Assembly: GCA_964016885.1 (NCBI GenBank)
Contig: OZ024743.1
Location: forward strand, 15,624,001-15,688,000
Length of the DNA: 64,000 bases
Reading direction: 5' to 3'
Source of the DNA: Eledone cirrhosa
Lineage: Eukaryota
Positions 28,649-44,281 of this stretch are shown here, one piece after another; positions within the stretch are counted from its first letter, which is position 1, and each line of letters begins with the position of its first letter. The position numbers were made by a program, and so were the translations under genes. Below the pieces are notes generated by a model. It was given only the letters and a program-made list of their open reading frames with translations, was not told where the DNA came from and made no database searches.

Positions 28649-28709
28649 TATTTTATCTGATGATAGCGTACCAAAATGTTGGTACTCTTGAAATATATAT
28701 AATAGAATA
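28649..28709 (+). ncRNA. Minimal type-I hammerhead ribozyme motif
   Basis: tattttat CTGATGA tagc gtacca-aaatgt-tggtac tctt GAAA tatata TA atagaata. Confidence 0.77.
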
Positions 28710-28959
28710 AATATGGTTTTATAAATATAGTTTCCATTTATTTAATATCATTGAATATTATACTCCAGAAAATCTGTCGAGTGCTCTGAATCAGTTATAA
28801 ACATTTACAGTTGCTGAATTACCAGCAAATTGAATATCCCTTCTGTTTATATACATATATATATATAAAAATATATATCTACATATATATGTGTGTGTAT
28901 ATATGTGTGTCTGTGTTTGAAAATACATAAATGAAGGTTCATGAAATTGTAATGTACAT

Positions 28960-30675
28960 ATCATCATCATCATCATCATCATCACCGTTTTACGTCTGTT
29001 CTTCCACGCTAGCATTGGTTAGACAGGTTGTCCTGTTGTGGGCAGTGTCTGGTCAGCTGACCATGCCTTGCTCATACAGGAACTGATTTGGCTTTATTTC
29101 TACAGCTGGATGCCCTTCCTAACACCAACCTCATTTACAGTGAGTGCTGGGTGCTTTTTCGTGACGCCTACACGTCCACTTGACAGTGTGGGCTGGGTGC
29201 TTTTTTGCCGTGGCACCTCCACGACCACCTTGCAGTGGGGGGGGGGGGGCATATTGTCTATATGCTTCAGCTTGTACCCATGGGAGGTCGGGTACTCTGT
29301 ATTACTGTGTGATGCCAGAGGTTACGGTCGTGTGTCATCGCCTTTGAGAGGTGTAATTGGGTAAGGTCGGCTTTTATCACCTCATCCCAGGTCATCTTGG
29401 GTCTCCCCACTCCGCAATTTCCATCGACTTCTAGTGCTTTGCACCTTTTTATGCAGCTGTCATCCTTCATACGCATCACATGTCCATACCAGCGCAACCG
29501 CCTCTCCTGCACACAGCATTTGATTCCTCTTATGCTCAGTCTCTCTCTCAATTCATTTATGCTTTGTCGTTCGCGTATATTACTGTTACACATCCATCGG
29601 ACCATGCAGGCTTCGTTTCTCTCTAATCTATGTAAGTCTTCCACCTTCAGCGCCCAGGTTTCACTACTATGCAACATCGCTGTTCAGATACACGCATCAT
29701 ACAGTCTGCTTTCATTTTGAGGGAGAAGCCTTTTGCAGCTAGCAGTGGTAGTAGTTCCCTAAACTTCTTCCATCCCGTTTTTACCCTAGTTATTGTACTT
29801 TCTGAACACCCACCTCCGCTGCTAATTCGGTCACCTAGGTAGCAGAAGCTATCTACTGTTTCTACAGAGCCCTCCCAGAGATTGGTGGTACTTGTTTCCT
29901 GTGGCTGTTTGCTGCTTGCTGTCCCAGCACAGCTGCTGCATGTGAAGTCTACATTCTTATTTAAGCTTCCTGAGATCCCGCTACATCTCTTGTGTACCCA
30001 TTGTTTGCATTTGGGGCAGAGAATGGAGTTCCTACCTACACCTTTCTTACATACTGAGCAAGGCCATTTACCTGAGGGGATCTGGGTTCTGTTTTCTCGT
30101 CTACTTACAAGGACCTTAGTCTTTGTCATGTTGACTTTGAGACCATTTCTTTCTAGTCCCTGCTTCCAAGTTTGGAATTTCTTCTCTAGTTCTACCATAG
30201 ATTCAGTTATAAGTGCGAGGTCGTCAGCATACAGAAGTTCCCATGGGCATCCGGTCTTAAACTCCTCCGTTATTGCCTGCAGGACTATGATGAACAGGAG
30301 GGGGCTAAGAACAGAGCCCTGGTGGACCCCAACCTGTACGCTAAATTCCTCACTATACTCATTGCTAATCCTAACTTTGCTGACTGCTCCCCTATACATA
30401 GCTTGTACCGCTTTCACAAGCCATTCATCTACTCCTAGTTTTCTGAGAGCCCACCAGATTACAGCACATGGAACTCTGTCAAAGGCTTTCTCAAGGTCGA
30501 CAAATGCCAGGTAGAGTGGCTTACTTTTAGCTAGGTACTTTTCCTGTAACTGCCTGACAAGGAAGAGGGCATCAGTGGTGCCTCTTTCTGGTACAAACCC
30601 AAATTGCATCTCGTCTAGTTTCACCCGGTCCCTAATCAACTGTGCTATAACTCTTTCTGTTACTTTCATGATCTG
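28960..30675 (-). mobile_element. 5'-truncated RTE LINE (sister subfamily), frameshifted RT
   Basis: ORF 29647-30669 (DLEKAFD, QGSVLSP, YADD, PHD-like finger) shifts into 29267-29677 (RRLRWYGHVMR); 3' UTR and (ATG)n tail present. Confidence 0.92.
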
Positions 30676-30794
30676 TACACATAATTACAATATTTAATTA
30701 GAAACCTCACATTGGAAAGAAGCAAATGTGTAAACACACTCTACCATTTTATTCGTAGATAGAAACAAATATTTAAAAAATATATTTATGTGTT

Positions 30795-30843
<49 letters not shown>

Positions 30844-33800
30844 CTAACTTTCTCAGGGAAGTTCTTTACACAAAATGGTATACACATAAATAGTCTAACT
30901 ATGGGTTTATAGTGACTTGGGAAGAAATCTCCAGTCAACCACATATCTCCATGTAAGCAACTCAAAGCTGCAACTCCCATCAGGAGTTTTCTATCGTTGA
31001 AGCAAGCGAGATGACTCCTGTTGCATTGACTGATCTAAGCTGATCTAAGAAGATGCAATAGGAGAGAACCTAGTCAGTAAGCCAACTTCATGAAATGAAC
31101 AGACATGTTTTAGCCTTATTAGATCCCAGTGAAATATAATCTCTTTAAATGTTAGCCAGACTAAAGTTGCCCTGTTTACGATATAGGAAAAGGGAAATAA
31201 ATAATCCACTGAGGTGTATGTCATCAAAGTGAAAGATGACAACGCTTGAAGGAAGCACCCTGAATGTTGTGCATAGATACAACTAGAATCTCACTATTTG
31301 AATATGACAAATGGGCACTTCAATTTGAGTTGCTTATTGCTAGTGCAGCGAGTGATATTTGCTTTTAGCCTGCTCAAACAAAAGTTTGGTAGGTTGATAT
31401 TTAGACATGGAAATATCTGGAATGTATAAAAAATGAATAGAAAGTTAGCCCCAGGAAGGGTGTATAATTGTAGAATTCTAACTCAAAATGTCTTATTCAA
31501 CCTATACTAGCATAGAAATAGAAACACCAAATCAATGATGATGAAGATAATGCATATATATTATCCATCCATAAACTGATATTTTGTTTATTATATGTAA
31601 TGCAGTAATACATACGCTTGTATACAATCATGTCTATAAATTATATCAATACAAGGAGTGGGAAAACCACTTACCAGTATAAAACTCGATGCATAATGAG
31701 TTGCATAATAGGGATGATCTGTTTGGTTGCAACTATAACTTTTACCTATATATATATATAAATATATATGTATATATGTGTGTGTGCATGCATATATGTT
31801 CTATGTGTGTATACTCATTATTATACACTCAAACATCATCATAGCTAATCACCAATAAATCAAACAGAAACTGAAAAGATCAATGCAAAGAAGCATCATT
31901 AATTGGCTATAATTAAATCTTTATTAAATCTTCATTATTAATATCCTTCTCTATCTAGCTTCACCAGAATTATCATTATTGTTATAGCTGTCATTATTAT
32001 TATTGTTATTATCATTGTTGTTGTTGTAATCAGTATTCAGTAGTCATTACATTATCATGTGGAGCTCTGTATGTACCATGGGTATGTATGGTTCTATAGT
32101 ATGATATTTCTTTTGTATTGAAAGTTCTCTATGTAATGTGTTCAGTACCTAGTGGTGTTATTTTATGTATATGTACATATATTTATGTTCTGGGGTTTAG
32201 TTATGTATTTGTCTGTGTTTATTTTTTTAATTCTCAAGACACCTATTATTGATAATATATCATTATTATTTGTTTGACAGCTTCATGACAGTTTCTATAC
32301 ATTGTCTTGTGCATCTAAATGTTTCTGAGGTGTTTGCAGCAATGTTATTTCTAATTTCTGTAGACGGATTCCTACTAATATTGTCTTGTTTCATTTTGGG
32401 TTTTAGCTTGTTTATTTAGTTATTTTTCAATTTGTTTCTATTGTGTCTGTTGTGTTATGTTATTGGTATTAGTCTTGTAGATTATGTAGATTGTTTATAA
32501 ATTCTATTAGGTTTTGATTAAATAGGGTGAATATTGCCTGTAAAGAATGCACTATTTAAGCTGTGTTAATGAACCAATAATATCGAGCAATTTTTTGAAT
32601 AGTGTGTATGTTGTGAGCCCTGATATGGATTCTATGTTTTGTTCCATATTTGTTTTATTATACATAGTACTCCAATTATTATTGACACTGTTATTAACTT
32701 CATGTACCACATCTTGTTTAATTGTATAATTCAATTTGAGGATCCTTGTATTTTAGCAGTTTTGGGGCAATATTTTAGGATCTTTGTATTTTAACAGTTT
32801 TGGGGCAATATTTTAGTCAGAATGTATCATGAAGCCTATCAGTGTGCATGTATTTGTGTTTTTTTTTTACTTTTATTTTTTAACTTTGGTTTGGCATAAT
32901 ATTCCTAATGATTCAGCCCCATTATAGTCATGTTCCACATTTGTATACCAATTCTCATTCATTTTTATGTCAACATTTTAGTATATTACATAGAGGATGT
33001 AGCTACCAAGTCATTCATGTCAGTGTGAATCAGCAAAAACGGTGCTGGCAGAGATTATGTGATCAACGGTCTAATTGTGCTGGTTGCACCTTCTGCATTT
33101 TGTATGAGTATACATTTTCATTATGTAGGTCTTACAGATCTTTGAGGACAAGCATTGGTTTTCATCAGTGGGAATAAGTCTCTGCCATTTCTTCATTTAG
33201 TTTGGAGCTTTTGAAGTATTGTTGATTTTCAATATAAATTAGATATGCTGCTGATCTTCATTTTTCATATCTTCTACTACTACTGGCAAAATAGAAGGGT
33301 AGTCACACTTATCAATCCTTCTTCTGCCCAGGATCAGGATTTACTGACTTTATCATTAGGAACATTTTCTTTGTTGAAAAAAAACAAAACATTTTATTCG
33401 GATCAACTTGCTTTGCTATATTCACAACAGAAGAGACAGGATCCTTACAAGATGTCTGATAAGGTATGTGATTGGTGTGAAATATTGATAACAGTGTAAA
33501 TTCCATCTGAATTAAAACTCTACGTTCAAAGAGAAAACAAATATCTGAATTGAGTGCCTTAACACCATGGCTCCAGAATGTATAAAATCCAAGCCACTAA
33601 TGAATATTGCTAATGATTTCTGTGATCATCCACAATACCCTAAGGCAATAATAATAATATTAACAACAACAATGACGACGATGATGACGACGTGATGGTG
33701 ATATTAATTTTTTTCCAATACACCAATACAAAATTACACCAACATCTATAACAATGGTTGCTTCTATTAGAGACAATTGATTGTTTAAAACAACATACAA

Positions 33801-35999
33801 AGTTTATATTAAAAGCATGGATATTGATTTATTAATTACTTTCAGATTACTGTTATTTAGCTCCAGGTTAGTTCTGACTCAATAAGCCTATGAGTAAATG
33901 TATTCCAGCCATGACTCCCCCAAATATTCTGACTTAATTTATCTTGGCCTACATTATCTAATGAGTTATTCCTTTTTCGAAAAATGTATGATGTGATTTC
34001 AGGAATATTTGGATGCTATTCTAGCAAGTTAATTAACCACAGCCTTTGTTCTTTGCCTTGAGTAACTTCGAGGCTGTGTAAACTGGATTCCTTTTAATTA
34101 TTATGAAAAACCATATGCATTGATTCATAGGCTAAGGGCACTTAGCTCTTAACAGTTCAGTCCACCTTGTTCTAAATAAGCTATGTGTTACTTTTAGCTG
34201 CTATACACAACAGAAGCATAACTATAGAAAGGAAAGGAGTTGATGTGGACTTGCTGTGTTGAGGTCCATTTCTCTTGTAGGAAGAACTGCCTGTATTATG
34301 CTTGTCCTGTCAAGAGGGTGCTTTAACTCACTTCCATAAATACTTTAAACTTCAGAAAAGAAACAACAATAGGTTATATTAAAAACATAATAAGATGTAT
34401 TGTCTGAATTTGTAGAGCAGCAGGCAAAATATATTTTAGTAATGTGTTATGTATCTTTACTATCTGATTTTGAAATGCTCTGAGGTCAATATGTTTCTCT
34501 CTTTCTGGAGAAAATATAAAAGTACAAATGAGAACTAATAGCCTATGACCATCTTCTGTTCTTGTTTAGTTCCTTATGACTATGAAAAACATTAATGGCT
34601 TAAAACAATTGTGCATTGTTGCATAAAAACAATGCAGTAATTGTTAGGATACTCATGCTTCTGAATTCCAGTATCATGCAGTTTAACTTTGCCTTTCCTT
34701 GAGCATTACAGAATCATGTAGAAGCAATATGCCAATATGGAAGCGATTTGCCTACATCGTTGATGAACCACATAGAATGATGCAACTAAGTCTACCGAAT
34801 GTAGTATCAAAATTGAATGGGAGGCATAATTTTCCATATTATTAGTTATTGTAATGGTAATTAACTTCTGTGTCAGTACAGATATGTATGTATTGTAATA
34901 TTATACTATGGTTAAATCAATATACTATGTAAATAAATCAAAGAAAACGACCATATTATACCTAAAACCCTCTTTTTTCTCAATTGAGATTCCTCTTCAA
35001 ATTTCTGAAATATCTTAATTGAAAAGAATCACATATAATTATTATTATTGCTATATCAATGGTGATTTGGTAGAATCATTATAGCCAATTGTTCGTTTAT
35101 AGCTTGGTCAGAGGTTTCCATTGATCCATTTTATGTTCCATTCTATGGTTTTTAGTCTTCCTGTTGTGCTATCCTCTATGATAATGCTGGTTGATTTGTT
35201 GTGGCGTGTGCTTTTATACTGCATGAGGTTCATAGTAATATTTATATTATGGTTAGGTATTCTGCTAGATGTTTCCATAGCAACTTGTGTGATCTATTAT
35301 TTTTTTAATAATGTTTTATCTTTTTGTTTTTTTAATAATATTTTATCTTTTTTTTTTGTATGTTGTTGGTTCCTTGGTAGTTTCACTATATTTCCCTGGT
35401 TTGATTTATTATATATGCTATTGTTTCTGTTGCATAATTTTCTTTCTTTTGTTGGGGACATTATGTGTTTTCTAGGTAGTGTATTGTGTTGTGATGTTTT
35501 CATTAATTTGTGGCTTCTGAATTTATTTTTTCATGTCCGTTTGTTTTATTTCCAACGTGCATTGTGTCTATGTTTTTTCTATTTCTATTTCAGATATATT
35601 TTTGTTGTTTACTATGAATCTTTATACATTTACTAGTTTGTTTTCCATTATTTATTTTTTATTATTTCTCTTTTTCATATTTTTATGGTGCCTTTGTGTC
35701 TTGGATATAGAATGGATGTATGATATAAGTGAAACACATGAATGTACAGGTCATTGGGCCAATTTTATCTTTTAAGTTTGGTTTAATATGGATTGACTAT
35801 AATTATCATTGTCATCATCATAGCCACCATCATTATCCCCCTCTTCCTCCTCCTCCTCATCATCACTGCCATCATCATCATCATTATCATCATTATTATT
35901 TTTTTTATGGCTCATTTTTGTAAATTTCAGGCACTTAGATGTTAAACGATCTGGATATTTTAGTTAAGAAGTAGTCAACAGAAAGTTAACAAAAGTCTC

Positions 36000-36895
36000 T
36001 CACTGCATCTTCTCCTGTGTCTTACATAGACAAGACTTTCTTTAAAATTCTTGCTGTACAAAGGAATGCTTTCTTTTTATGATTCTATTTATTCAGTCCT
36101 CAAATCTGTCCAATATGCTTCTGAATGCTCGGATCATCATTGGAATCACTAAAATGTCATATCTTGGATATCATCCAATGCATAATCTGGCAACATTATC
36201 CTATTGTCTTTTGTAATTTTGCTGGGACAACTTAACACATTCGCTTGCAATATGGCTGACTATTTCTCTTTTTGTTCCACACATTCTACATAATGGTGAT
36301 GTTATTGTTATGTTAACATGATGTTTAATGTATTTAGTTTGAAGAGAATGCTCCTGTATGCTACACAGTGGAGCTTCAGTGCATCCTTTCAGATTGTCAT
36401 TTTTAAGCCACAACCAACTCTTTTCTCAATCAATCCCCACTTTATCTCTGATGTACTTTCCATGCATGGGTTATCCTTCAATTCCTTTTCTGACAAGATA
36501 TTTCATTCCCTTATTGCATGCATTCATACTCTATCAACAGATTTCAGTGTTTTGATGTCTCTTTCCTTTGATATGTTACCACTTACATTTTTAATGTATC
36601 AAGCTAGGTTATTTTCTTTGCTTTTGACACAACTTATTAATCCTCTACCTCCTTTCTTTCCTCCTAATTAAAGTCTTGCAACATCACTCTTTGGGTGAAG
36701 TTCTGTATACACTGTCATCAAGTTCCTAATATTCCTATCAATACTTTCTAATTCATCTTTCCTCCATTTATTAATATCTGTTGCATAGTGCATGAGAGAC
36801 ACAGCCCATGTATTTGTTGCCTTGGTCTTATTCCTTCCATTTAATTTAAATAACATTACAAGCCTCACTTGCCTGAGGTATTCATTTTCCACATC
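36000..36895 (-). mobile_element. Decayed R4/Dong-like (restriction-like endonuclease) non-LTR retrotransposon C-terminus
   Basis: KLNGRNKTKATNTWAVSLMHY...LHPKSDVARL and CCHC knuckle SPLCRMCGTKREIVSHIASEC..L.Q..YKR. Confidence 0.72.
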
Positions 36896-37199
36896 TTCCT
36901 TTTAGTATTTTTGATAATTAATCCAACCAAATCAGACATCTGCACTGTTTTACAACTCTATTGAGATGTAAAATGGATTCTCTGGTTTTAATTGTTTAAC
37001 CCAGGTGGAGTCATCTATAAACAGTGGTGTTTCCTAATCAGTGATGGGCCAGAAATAGTGAAGAGTAAATGTATGTGATGTCAAATTGTGAGAATCTAGC
37101 TTTATTTTTATTAGGGATATTGTTAAACCATGATATGACTAAATACATATTAATCCATTATAATAGGTTGGCCTTATTATTAGTACATTTGTTTATATC

Positions 37200-37645
37200 T
37201 CTTATATCTTCTTACCACCTACTTCTTTTTCAGTTCTAGTGAGATGTTTCAATCTACAACTAGGCCTATTATTAAAGTCATTTTCATGATCCTTCAAACT
37301 GATATAAGCACTATGTTTGGCTAAGCTTTCCATTCTTTTCTCTATGTTTCAGTATTTTTTTAATAAATATTGTAGGTGGTGGCTTTAGTTTTCTGGTATT
37401 TATTAGTGATATTATTAAGTAATAGTTGATAATAATTATGTATATCTACTTTATATAAGTTTCTAATTTCATCAGAGAAGACAAAAATATTTTTTCGAAC
37501 GTTTTAGTTTGTTGATATAAAGTTTAGCTTGGAAATGGTTATGGTACTCATGTAATTCCCCTTTATTCCTCATATGTAATAAGTCTGCCTCAAACAATAC
37601 TAGTTTTCTAAATCTAGGCGGCAATAGACTTGATTTAATATTAAA
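37200..37645 (-). mobile_element. Decayed PLE ORF N-terminal fragment
   Basis: Minus-strand peptides IKSSLLPPRFRKLVLFEADLLHM and FVFSDEIRNLYKVD resemble PLE motifs PP....L..FE.DL..M and ADKT.N.Y. Confidence 0.5.
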
Positions 37646-40600
37646 GTGGTCTGTGGTAGTGGTAGCTCTCTCCCCATCAGAAAGTAGTACCTTTCATCTC
37701 AGTCTGCACACAACATTTTCCACTTCTCCATCAGCATTTTGTTGTAAGTGGTGTTAGTTGGTGTTGATATATTTTTTGTGGACAATCATACAATTTTTCA
37801 CTCCCCTTTTTCTCATAAAAATGCGGGTTTTCTTTGTATTTGTGGTAGAGATCATATCGTCATATATTCAAAACTTTATAGTAAATTGTACAACCCATCA
37901 TATTTCTTTTGCTTCTCATTATACGCTACAATGTTAGATTCTAATATCTGGCAGTCGTAATATTTCAATTCATATATATGGTATTCCTTTCGAGTGTCAT
38001 AATATATTATATAACCAACAGAATACAGCAAATTGATTTAATATTTTGTCCAAAGACTCCTTTCAGACATAAAATTGTAATAGAACAGTGGAACAGTGAA
38101 TTTCTGCTTTACTTCAATTTTCTCAGGGTATATTTTTAAGGTAATATAGAGGTAGATTGCAAACATATCTATTTGTGGAGATCCATTTTGTCTGATAGTG
38201 CAATAAACTGTTAATGTCTTTCTTAATATATAAGGGTGGCAAATGTTGTAATTCAACTACAGTCCAGTAGCTATTGCCTTTTCATATATAGAACTTTCAA
38301 AATTAGTAACATTCTGTAGCAATCACAAATATTGAAAAAAGATTATACAAAATTACTTGAAGCTGAAAATGATCTCTCTTATCAAATTATAACATTTCAT
38401 GATATCCCCTCTTATTCACTATATATAAAGTGAACTATAGAAAAATAGACCCCACATTTGAAACAGCACTTTGTTGACAATCTGTTTATACTATGTGGTT
38501 AATAACATTTGCTATAAAAGAGATACTGTAACCAAAAATAATTTATGAAAGTAATATTTTGCTCTTCTTGAACATAAATGATTACCTTACCAAGATGGTA
38601 CATAGAATTAGTTGGTCAAATAGGAAGCCTCGGGTTGTTTTCTCAAACTGGAAGAATTAATGGACAAATTTGCACCACTTCATACTATTATGAAAAAAGG
38701 AAGATCACCTAGAGACATTTTGCCTGAAAAGATCTAATGTGAATAAACTGCAAAATATATTTCTAAAACTTTAGAATTGCATAACATTTTTTATATATAA
38801 ACATAATGAAAATTAACAATTTCAAGAATAAATTATTTTAAGATATAATACATTTCTTTTACTTATTTTACTGATTTTACTAATATTCTACTATATACAG
38901 AACTAATATTATACAAATTGAAACCTGCTCACGGACATTATGATGACGCTGCATTTAACTCTAAAATGTATAGTTTGTTATTGAATTTCACATCATTGGG
39001 AAATATTTTCTGTCTTTATTAGTTATGAAAATTCTTCTCAGAAAAGGCTAGTCTCATGCCATCTATTCTCAAGCCAGTCTGATTCACATATCTTTTCTTA
39101 GCTCCATGGAATTCTAGCCAATATTGAATAAATCATGTCAAAAAGAAAGTTTGGCAAAAATCATTATGGTATTTTGTGAAATTCAGTTACATTTTTCACA
39201 TCTGTCCATTTGTCCTAATTTGAAATCAACAAATTAAGGGACAGATGAGCTACTATTGTTAATATAATGAACTATAGCTTTTAAAGGTTATGCCCCTGTA
39301 TGGTCACCATTCAATAATCAAAATCAATAAACGAATAGAAAATATTTAGTCAGTATTTAAATATATTTTGCACTACTAAATATTACAGCCCCAAATATCC
39401 TAAAGAAATTGTGTTATTGTATACTGATGTGTGTAACATTATCTAGTACATTATTTAATGTGGTCACATATTTAATATTCAAGGAAATCACTAAAGATGC
39501 AAGACTCTGAATAATGAAATAAAAAAGTTATTATTTGTTGATAAAAAACATGGATTTGCTCAAGTTATGATACACTAAGGAAAGTAATGAATCAATAATG
39601 TAAACAAAGCAGAAAAAGTAGTTGTAATGTTGTTGTTTCTTGTGGTATTTATATTTATTAGAAGGGGATAATGATAGATGTGAAAATACTACAATCTCTT
39701 TATGAAGCTTTTACTTATGTTGAAATGCAAGCCAATACTTACAGGCAATTATCTGATTCTAATACACCACTACAATTCAAATTTAAATTAATACTTATTC
39801 ATTAATTTAGCTAGTTAAGTTTAATTTCTCCCACAATCAGTATTTTTATCTATTTTACCTTAGCACTTCACACTAAGCAAAACAACTCATGCTACAATAC
39901 TGTTAATTGTTTAAGTGTTTCTTGCTGTTTTGCTGATTAGAAACTACTTCATATCTTATGTTCAGTTCAGTTTAAAGCCAAATGTTTTAAATATTTTAAA
40001 CTACATGGTGAATAATAACAGTTGCAATTGTACAATATCCCCTTTTAAAATTTAACAGACAAAACTAATGAAATTTAAATGAGATTGTATATCTTTCATT
40101 TTTGTCTTGAATGATGTCTGTGTCTGAGAGAAATTATTAAAAAAATAGAAATAGCACAGGTGAAATTCTGGTAATTATACATTTCTTCATGTAAAAGTAA
40201 CTGCATAAGCAATTTTCTCCTAACATAGCCTCAAGTCGACTACAGTTTTGTGAGGGCACTCACCTAGATAGGAAATATGCAAGCGCAGGTCATATGAGCT
40301 GTATCTGTTCTCAAGTGTTAAATTAATCCTTTGCCTGGCAATTTTGTGCTTTTAGTTCAGCCCACTATGTTACAACTATTTCCTTTTCCTAAACAAATTA
40401 CAGAGGTTCTATAAAAAGTCATAGACACTACCTTTCTACCTTTTAATAAACCATCAGAATTTTAAATCAAGATTAACACCAGAATCTGAAATCTTATAAC
40501 TAAGAAAATATTACTAAATTAAACACTAACCAGTGGAAATTTGGATGGGAGCACAAGACGACAGTATGATGATCATTCAGAGTGAACAAGAGAAAGTTCC

Positions 40601-42490
40601 TTCCTTGAGAATCCTTATTTTGTGATTCAGAAACTATATTTTACAATAACAATCTTGGGCCAGTTGTTGAGATTTCATGTACATACAATTCTCTTGAAAT
40701 GTTTACTTTTATAATAAAGGATTATTTTGAGGGGTTACTGCATTTCAAATTTTGCCTAATGCTTTTCTTATAAATTCTATTGAACTAGAAAGTATTTCTA
40801 GAAAATTGAGAATGTTGCTACCTTTCTTCTGCAAATGTAAAAAAATAAAAAATAATAACTAAGATTTTTCGAGATCCAAAGCAAACATTATAGTGTACCT
40901 CTTTTTACACTGGTTCGTATAACTGTAAAGAGTAAGTACTAGATGTATCTATATAACTTCTACAAGAATAGCATCCTCTGAAAGAGATTCATGATACCTC
41001 TCACCTATTATAAAAGAAAAAAGATATATGTACTGCTCTAAAATGTGTGAGCCTCACTGCTTTATAATTTTATACAATACAAATTTTATATACTGTGTAT
41101 TTTAACCAAATTATTTGAATCAAATTATTTCATGTTCTAATATAAAAAATAAATTTAAAAACGTTTCCAGTTCACTCACTAACTATACTCAATATTTCAA
41201 TCATTATTGATTTTTTGCAGGAACACTAAGCTTTGGATATATAAAACACAAGTATTTGGAAGGAAGAAAACATTCATGTCTTTTGCAAGAGAACTAGCAG
41301 AGTAAGTGAAGTGAAATAACTACAATTGTGTATGAACATTGATTTGCAGACGAAAGTGACTGGAGCTTACATTTATTTTACAAAACTCAAATGTTACCAC
41401 TACTAATATTAATTGATAGAGGTGACAAGCAATGAAGGACCTTTCATGACCACATCATCAGTTGACATTACGTTAATGAACATTTAATTCATGTTACCAA
41501 ATTGGAAGACATAAGATAAACAAAAAACTCCTCAATCGGTAAACTTATATAGTAAAGTCCTCTGGTATGAAAATAAATCAATTTAACAACTTCTGACAGA
41601 TTGATTAATATCTTAATTAGATATTAATAAACTTGTTTCAAGTATTGATTAGAATTATCTTAATATGTTATATTCTCCAACACATTTCACCTTTCTCAAG
41701 TTTGCCTTTCATACTGATCTCTTAAACATAACTATTCAGCCAGATAAATTTTTCTATTTCATATTTGCAATGGCTTGGCAGCTTTTTATAATATTATAAA
41801 ATTGTATTCTTCAGGGTTATATTCACTCAATACTCAAGTTACCATATAATTGCATTAATGCCACATATAAAAGTTCCCATAGTTACCCACTTTAAAGTAC
41901 TATTCCACAGAGATAAATCACCAGCATCAAATTAACTTTTCCTCGCATCCCTAGGGGAATCATTTTAGCTTTACAATAGTGCAAGCCTTCTGAATTGCCA
42001 TTTCAAAAATAATGCTTTGCATAGAAACAGTCGAAATTTGTCCTTCATCTTTAATCAAAAGAATTCACAATAAAGATGATAAGATTCCCCATTTTGTTGC
42101 AACTATGGAGGATCTTCCGGAAGTAATTTTTGTTTTTATTGATTACTGCTTCTCTCTTAACAATATGGATAAATCAATATTTCTAATAGCACTAATCTTA
42201 ATACACAAATTCCACTTTCTGAAATTTCAATAATCAATATACGAACAAAATAAATAAATAAATAAATAATAAATTTCAATGTACACTCTCTCTTCAAATT
42301 AATTTCTCACTCACTTTCAGTGGAGGCACAATATTTATTTCTACAGTGAAATGAAATGGTCAGTTGGCAAAAGTTTTTCCTCACAAAGGAACATATACTA
42401 TGACTGACTGACCTACCTAAAATATTTACACACACATACACAAACGCACACACACATGCAATACATGTATATACACACACACTCACACAC

Positions 42491-42528
<38 letters not shown>

Positions 42529-42593
42529 ATATAGAGAGAGATTAATAGATATATAGACATGTATATACTTATGTGTTTTGTGTATATATATAT

Positions 42594-42860
42594 ATCATCA
42601 TCATCATCATCAATTAACGTCTATTTTCCACGCTAGCATGAGTTAGACGGTTTTGATCCATTGAGAGGCAAGTTGGGTCGCGTAACCATGTCTCGCTCAT
42701 ATAGGTATGTTTCTGGCTGGTTTTCTATGGCTGGATGCCTTCCTAATGCCAATCACATTGACTGTGTGTGCTAGGTGCTTTTTGACATGTCTTTTGTCGT
42801 GATACCTACATGATCCCTATACAGTCTGGACAGGATGTTTTGTGGTACCAGTATAATACA
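42594..42860 (-). mobile_element. RTE-type 3' UTR fragment with (ATG)n tail
   Basis: Similar to 52872-53130 (ttaacgtc..ttccacgctagcatg, ggatgccttcctaa). Confidence 0.72.
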
Positions 42861-43234
42861 TCTTCTATATATATAAAAGGGAGGATGTATGTGTGTCTAT
42901 GTACAATTTTGGATACCTAAGGCTTTTACAATTACCAACCGAATTTGACCAACTTGTCTGTGCACGTTGCACAGATCGCTAAGATGGTCACATTACAAAT
43001 CGCCACAGGTTGAGCAATAAAGAATCGATATCAAAATTATCAGTAGCAAAATTGATGTAAGGGAGATAACCAACTTTATTGACATTCCTTATAAAAAAAG
43101 GGAGATAACCAACTTTATTGACAGAAATATAAACATCAGATTCATTTGAAGATAAATCACTAATATTATCGTTTGTTTCTTGTTTATTCTTTGTTGCATT
43201 TCAAACCCCGGGCAACACCGGATAAATCTGCTAG
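42861..43234 (+). mobile_element. Non-autonomous Helitron
   Basis: 5' TC (tcttctatatatataaaa), subterminal hairpin ccgggcaacaccgg, 3' CTAG, inserted between A and T with no TSD; internal 26-bp duplication. Confidence 0.72.
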
Positions 43235-44281
43235 TATATATATATATATACATGCACCTATCATGATAATGATATACACATATACACATATATTTGTGTG
43301 CATATACATATACCATATATATATAATATACATACACATATCATACATATACATGCACACTTCATAAATATCACCAAACTTGTCGATTAGTGTCCATCAT
43401 TCATGGGTAGGACAGATTGACCTTTGTCTGGGGAACATTTTGGCTTGGTTTCTACAGCTGGGTGTATATATATATGTGTGTGTGTGTGTGTGTTTCTATA
43501 TATGTGTGTGTGTGTTGTGTGTATGTGTGTGTGTAAATTTTAAATATTTCTATTCAAATCTAGATTCATAAAAACTAATCCAGCTGCAGAGTGGGTTGCT
43601 GAATAAATTTGTTGCACAAATTTAGACTGGCAGAAAACTATTCTAAGAATTCTAAAGCAATATTCAGAACTATGTTTAATCCTCTCTGCAGATATATTTT
43701 GGGAGATTTAAAAGTCAGTTTGTAAAATAAGATATTTTCTCTAGTTTAAGGAAATCCTTAGGAATGACACATGTCAGATGAATTAAGTTCAAAAGTTTTA
43801 ATTCGAGTTGATCTCATAAATCTTGATTCAAGGACACAGATGTATATATAGAAAGGAAAGTGTTTATGTGTTATTTTTCAAAATTGTTCTTTTTGGAGTA
43901 GACAAAACTTAAACTTTGTAAATGATTTACTATGTTAAGCAATAAGGGTTTAGAAATTATTGTTCAAATAAAATTATGTGGACATTTGGTAAAGACCCCT
44001 TATTAAAGCAAATACAACAGGCCAATGAAGAAATACATTCATGCGAAAACTATCATTGAGACACATCTTTCAAGAAGTGTAGATAATACGTTTCAGCAAC
44101 CATATATAAGAGAACCCATTGGAAGGTTTATCCCAGGAATATCATATATGATGGTATTTTGATATACTGATTTCTCTTGTGATGGAATAGTACATTGTGA
44201 ATAAATAGGATTAAGTCTGTTAAGAACTAAATTCAAGAGCATACTTTCTATATCTCATTCAAACTAAATATCAGCTTTGCT

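Noticed and set aside
33453-33493. Hammerhead candidate CTGATAA...GAAA...TA
   Set aside because: Core mismatch, no convincing stem II and only a 3-bp stem I.
35121-35636. 171-aa hydrophobic ORF
   Set aside because: T-rich strand bias of a probable decayed repeat; no motif.
37444-37480. CTGATGA...GAAA...TA on the minus strand
   Set aside because: Stems I and II do not form, and the segment reads as PLE coding sequence (FSDEIRNLYKV).
38591-38723. Minus-strand exon-like segment with good AG/GTAAG signals (similar acceptors near 18775, 24254 and 42219)
   Set aside because: Stops in all three frames; may be non-coding or pseudogene exons but cannot be supported from sequence alone.
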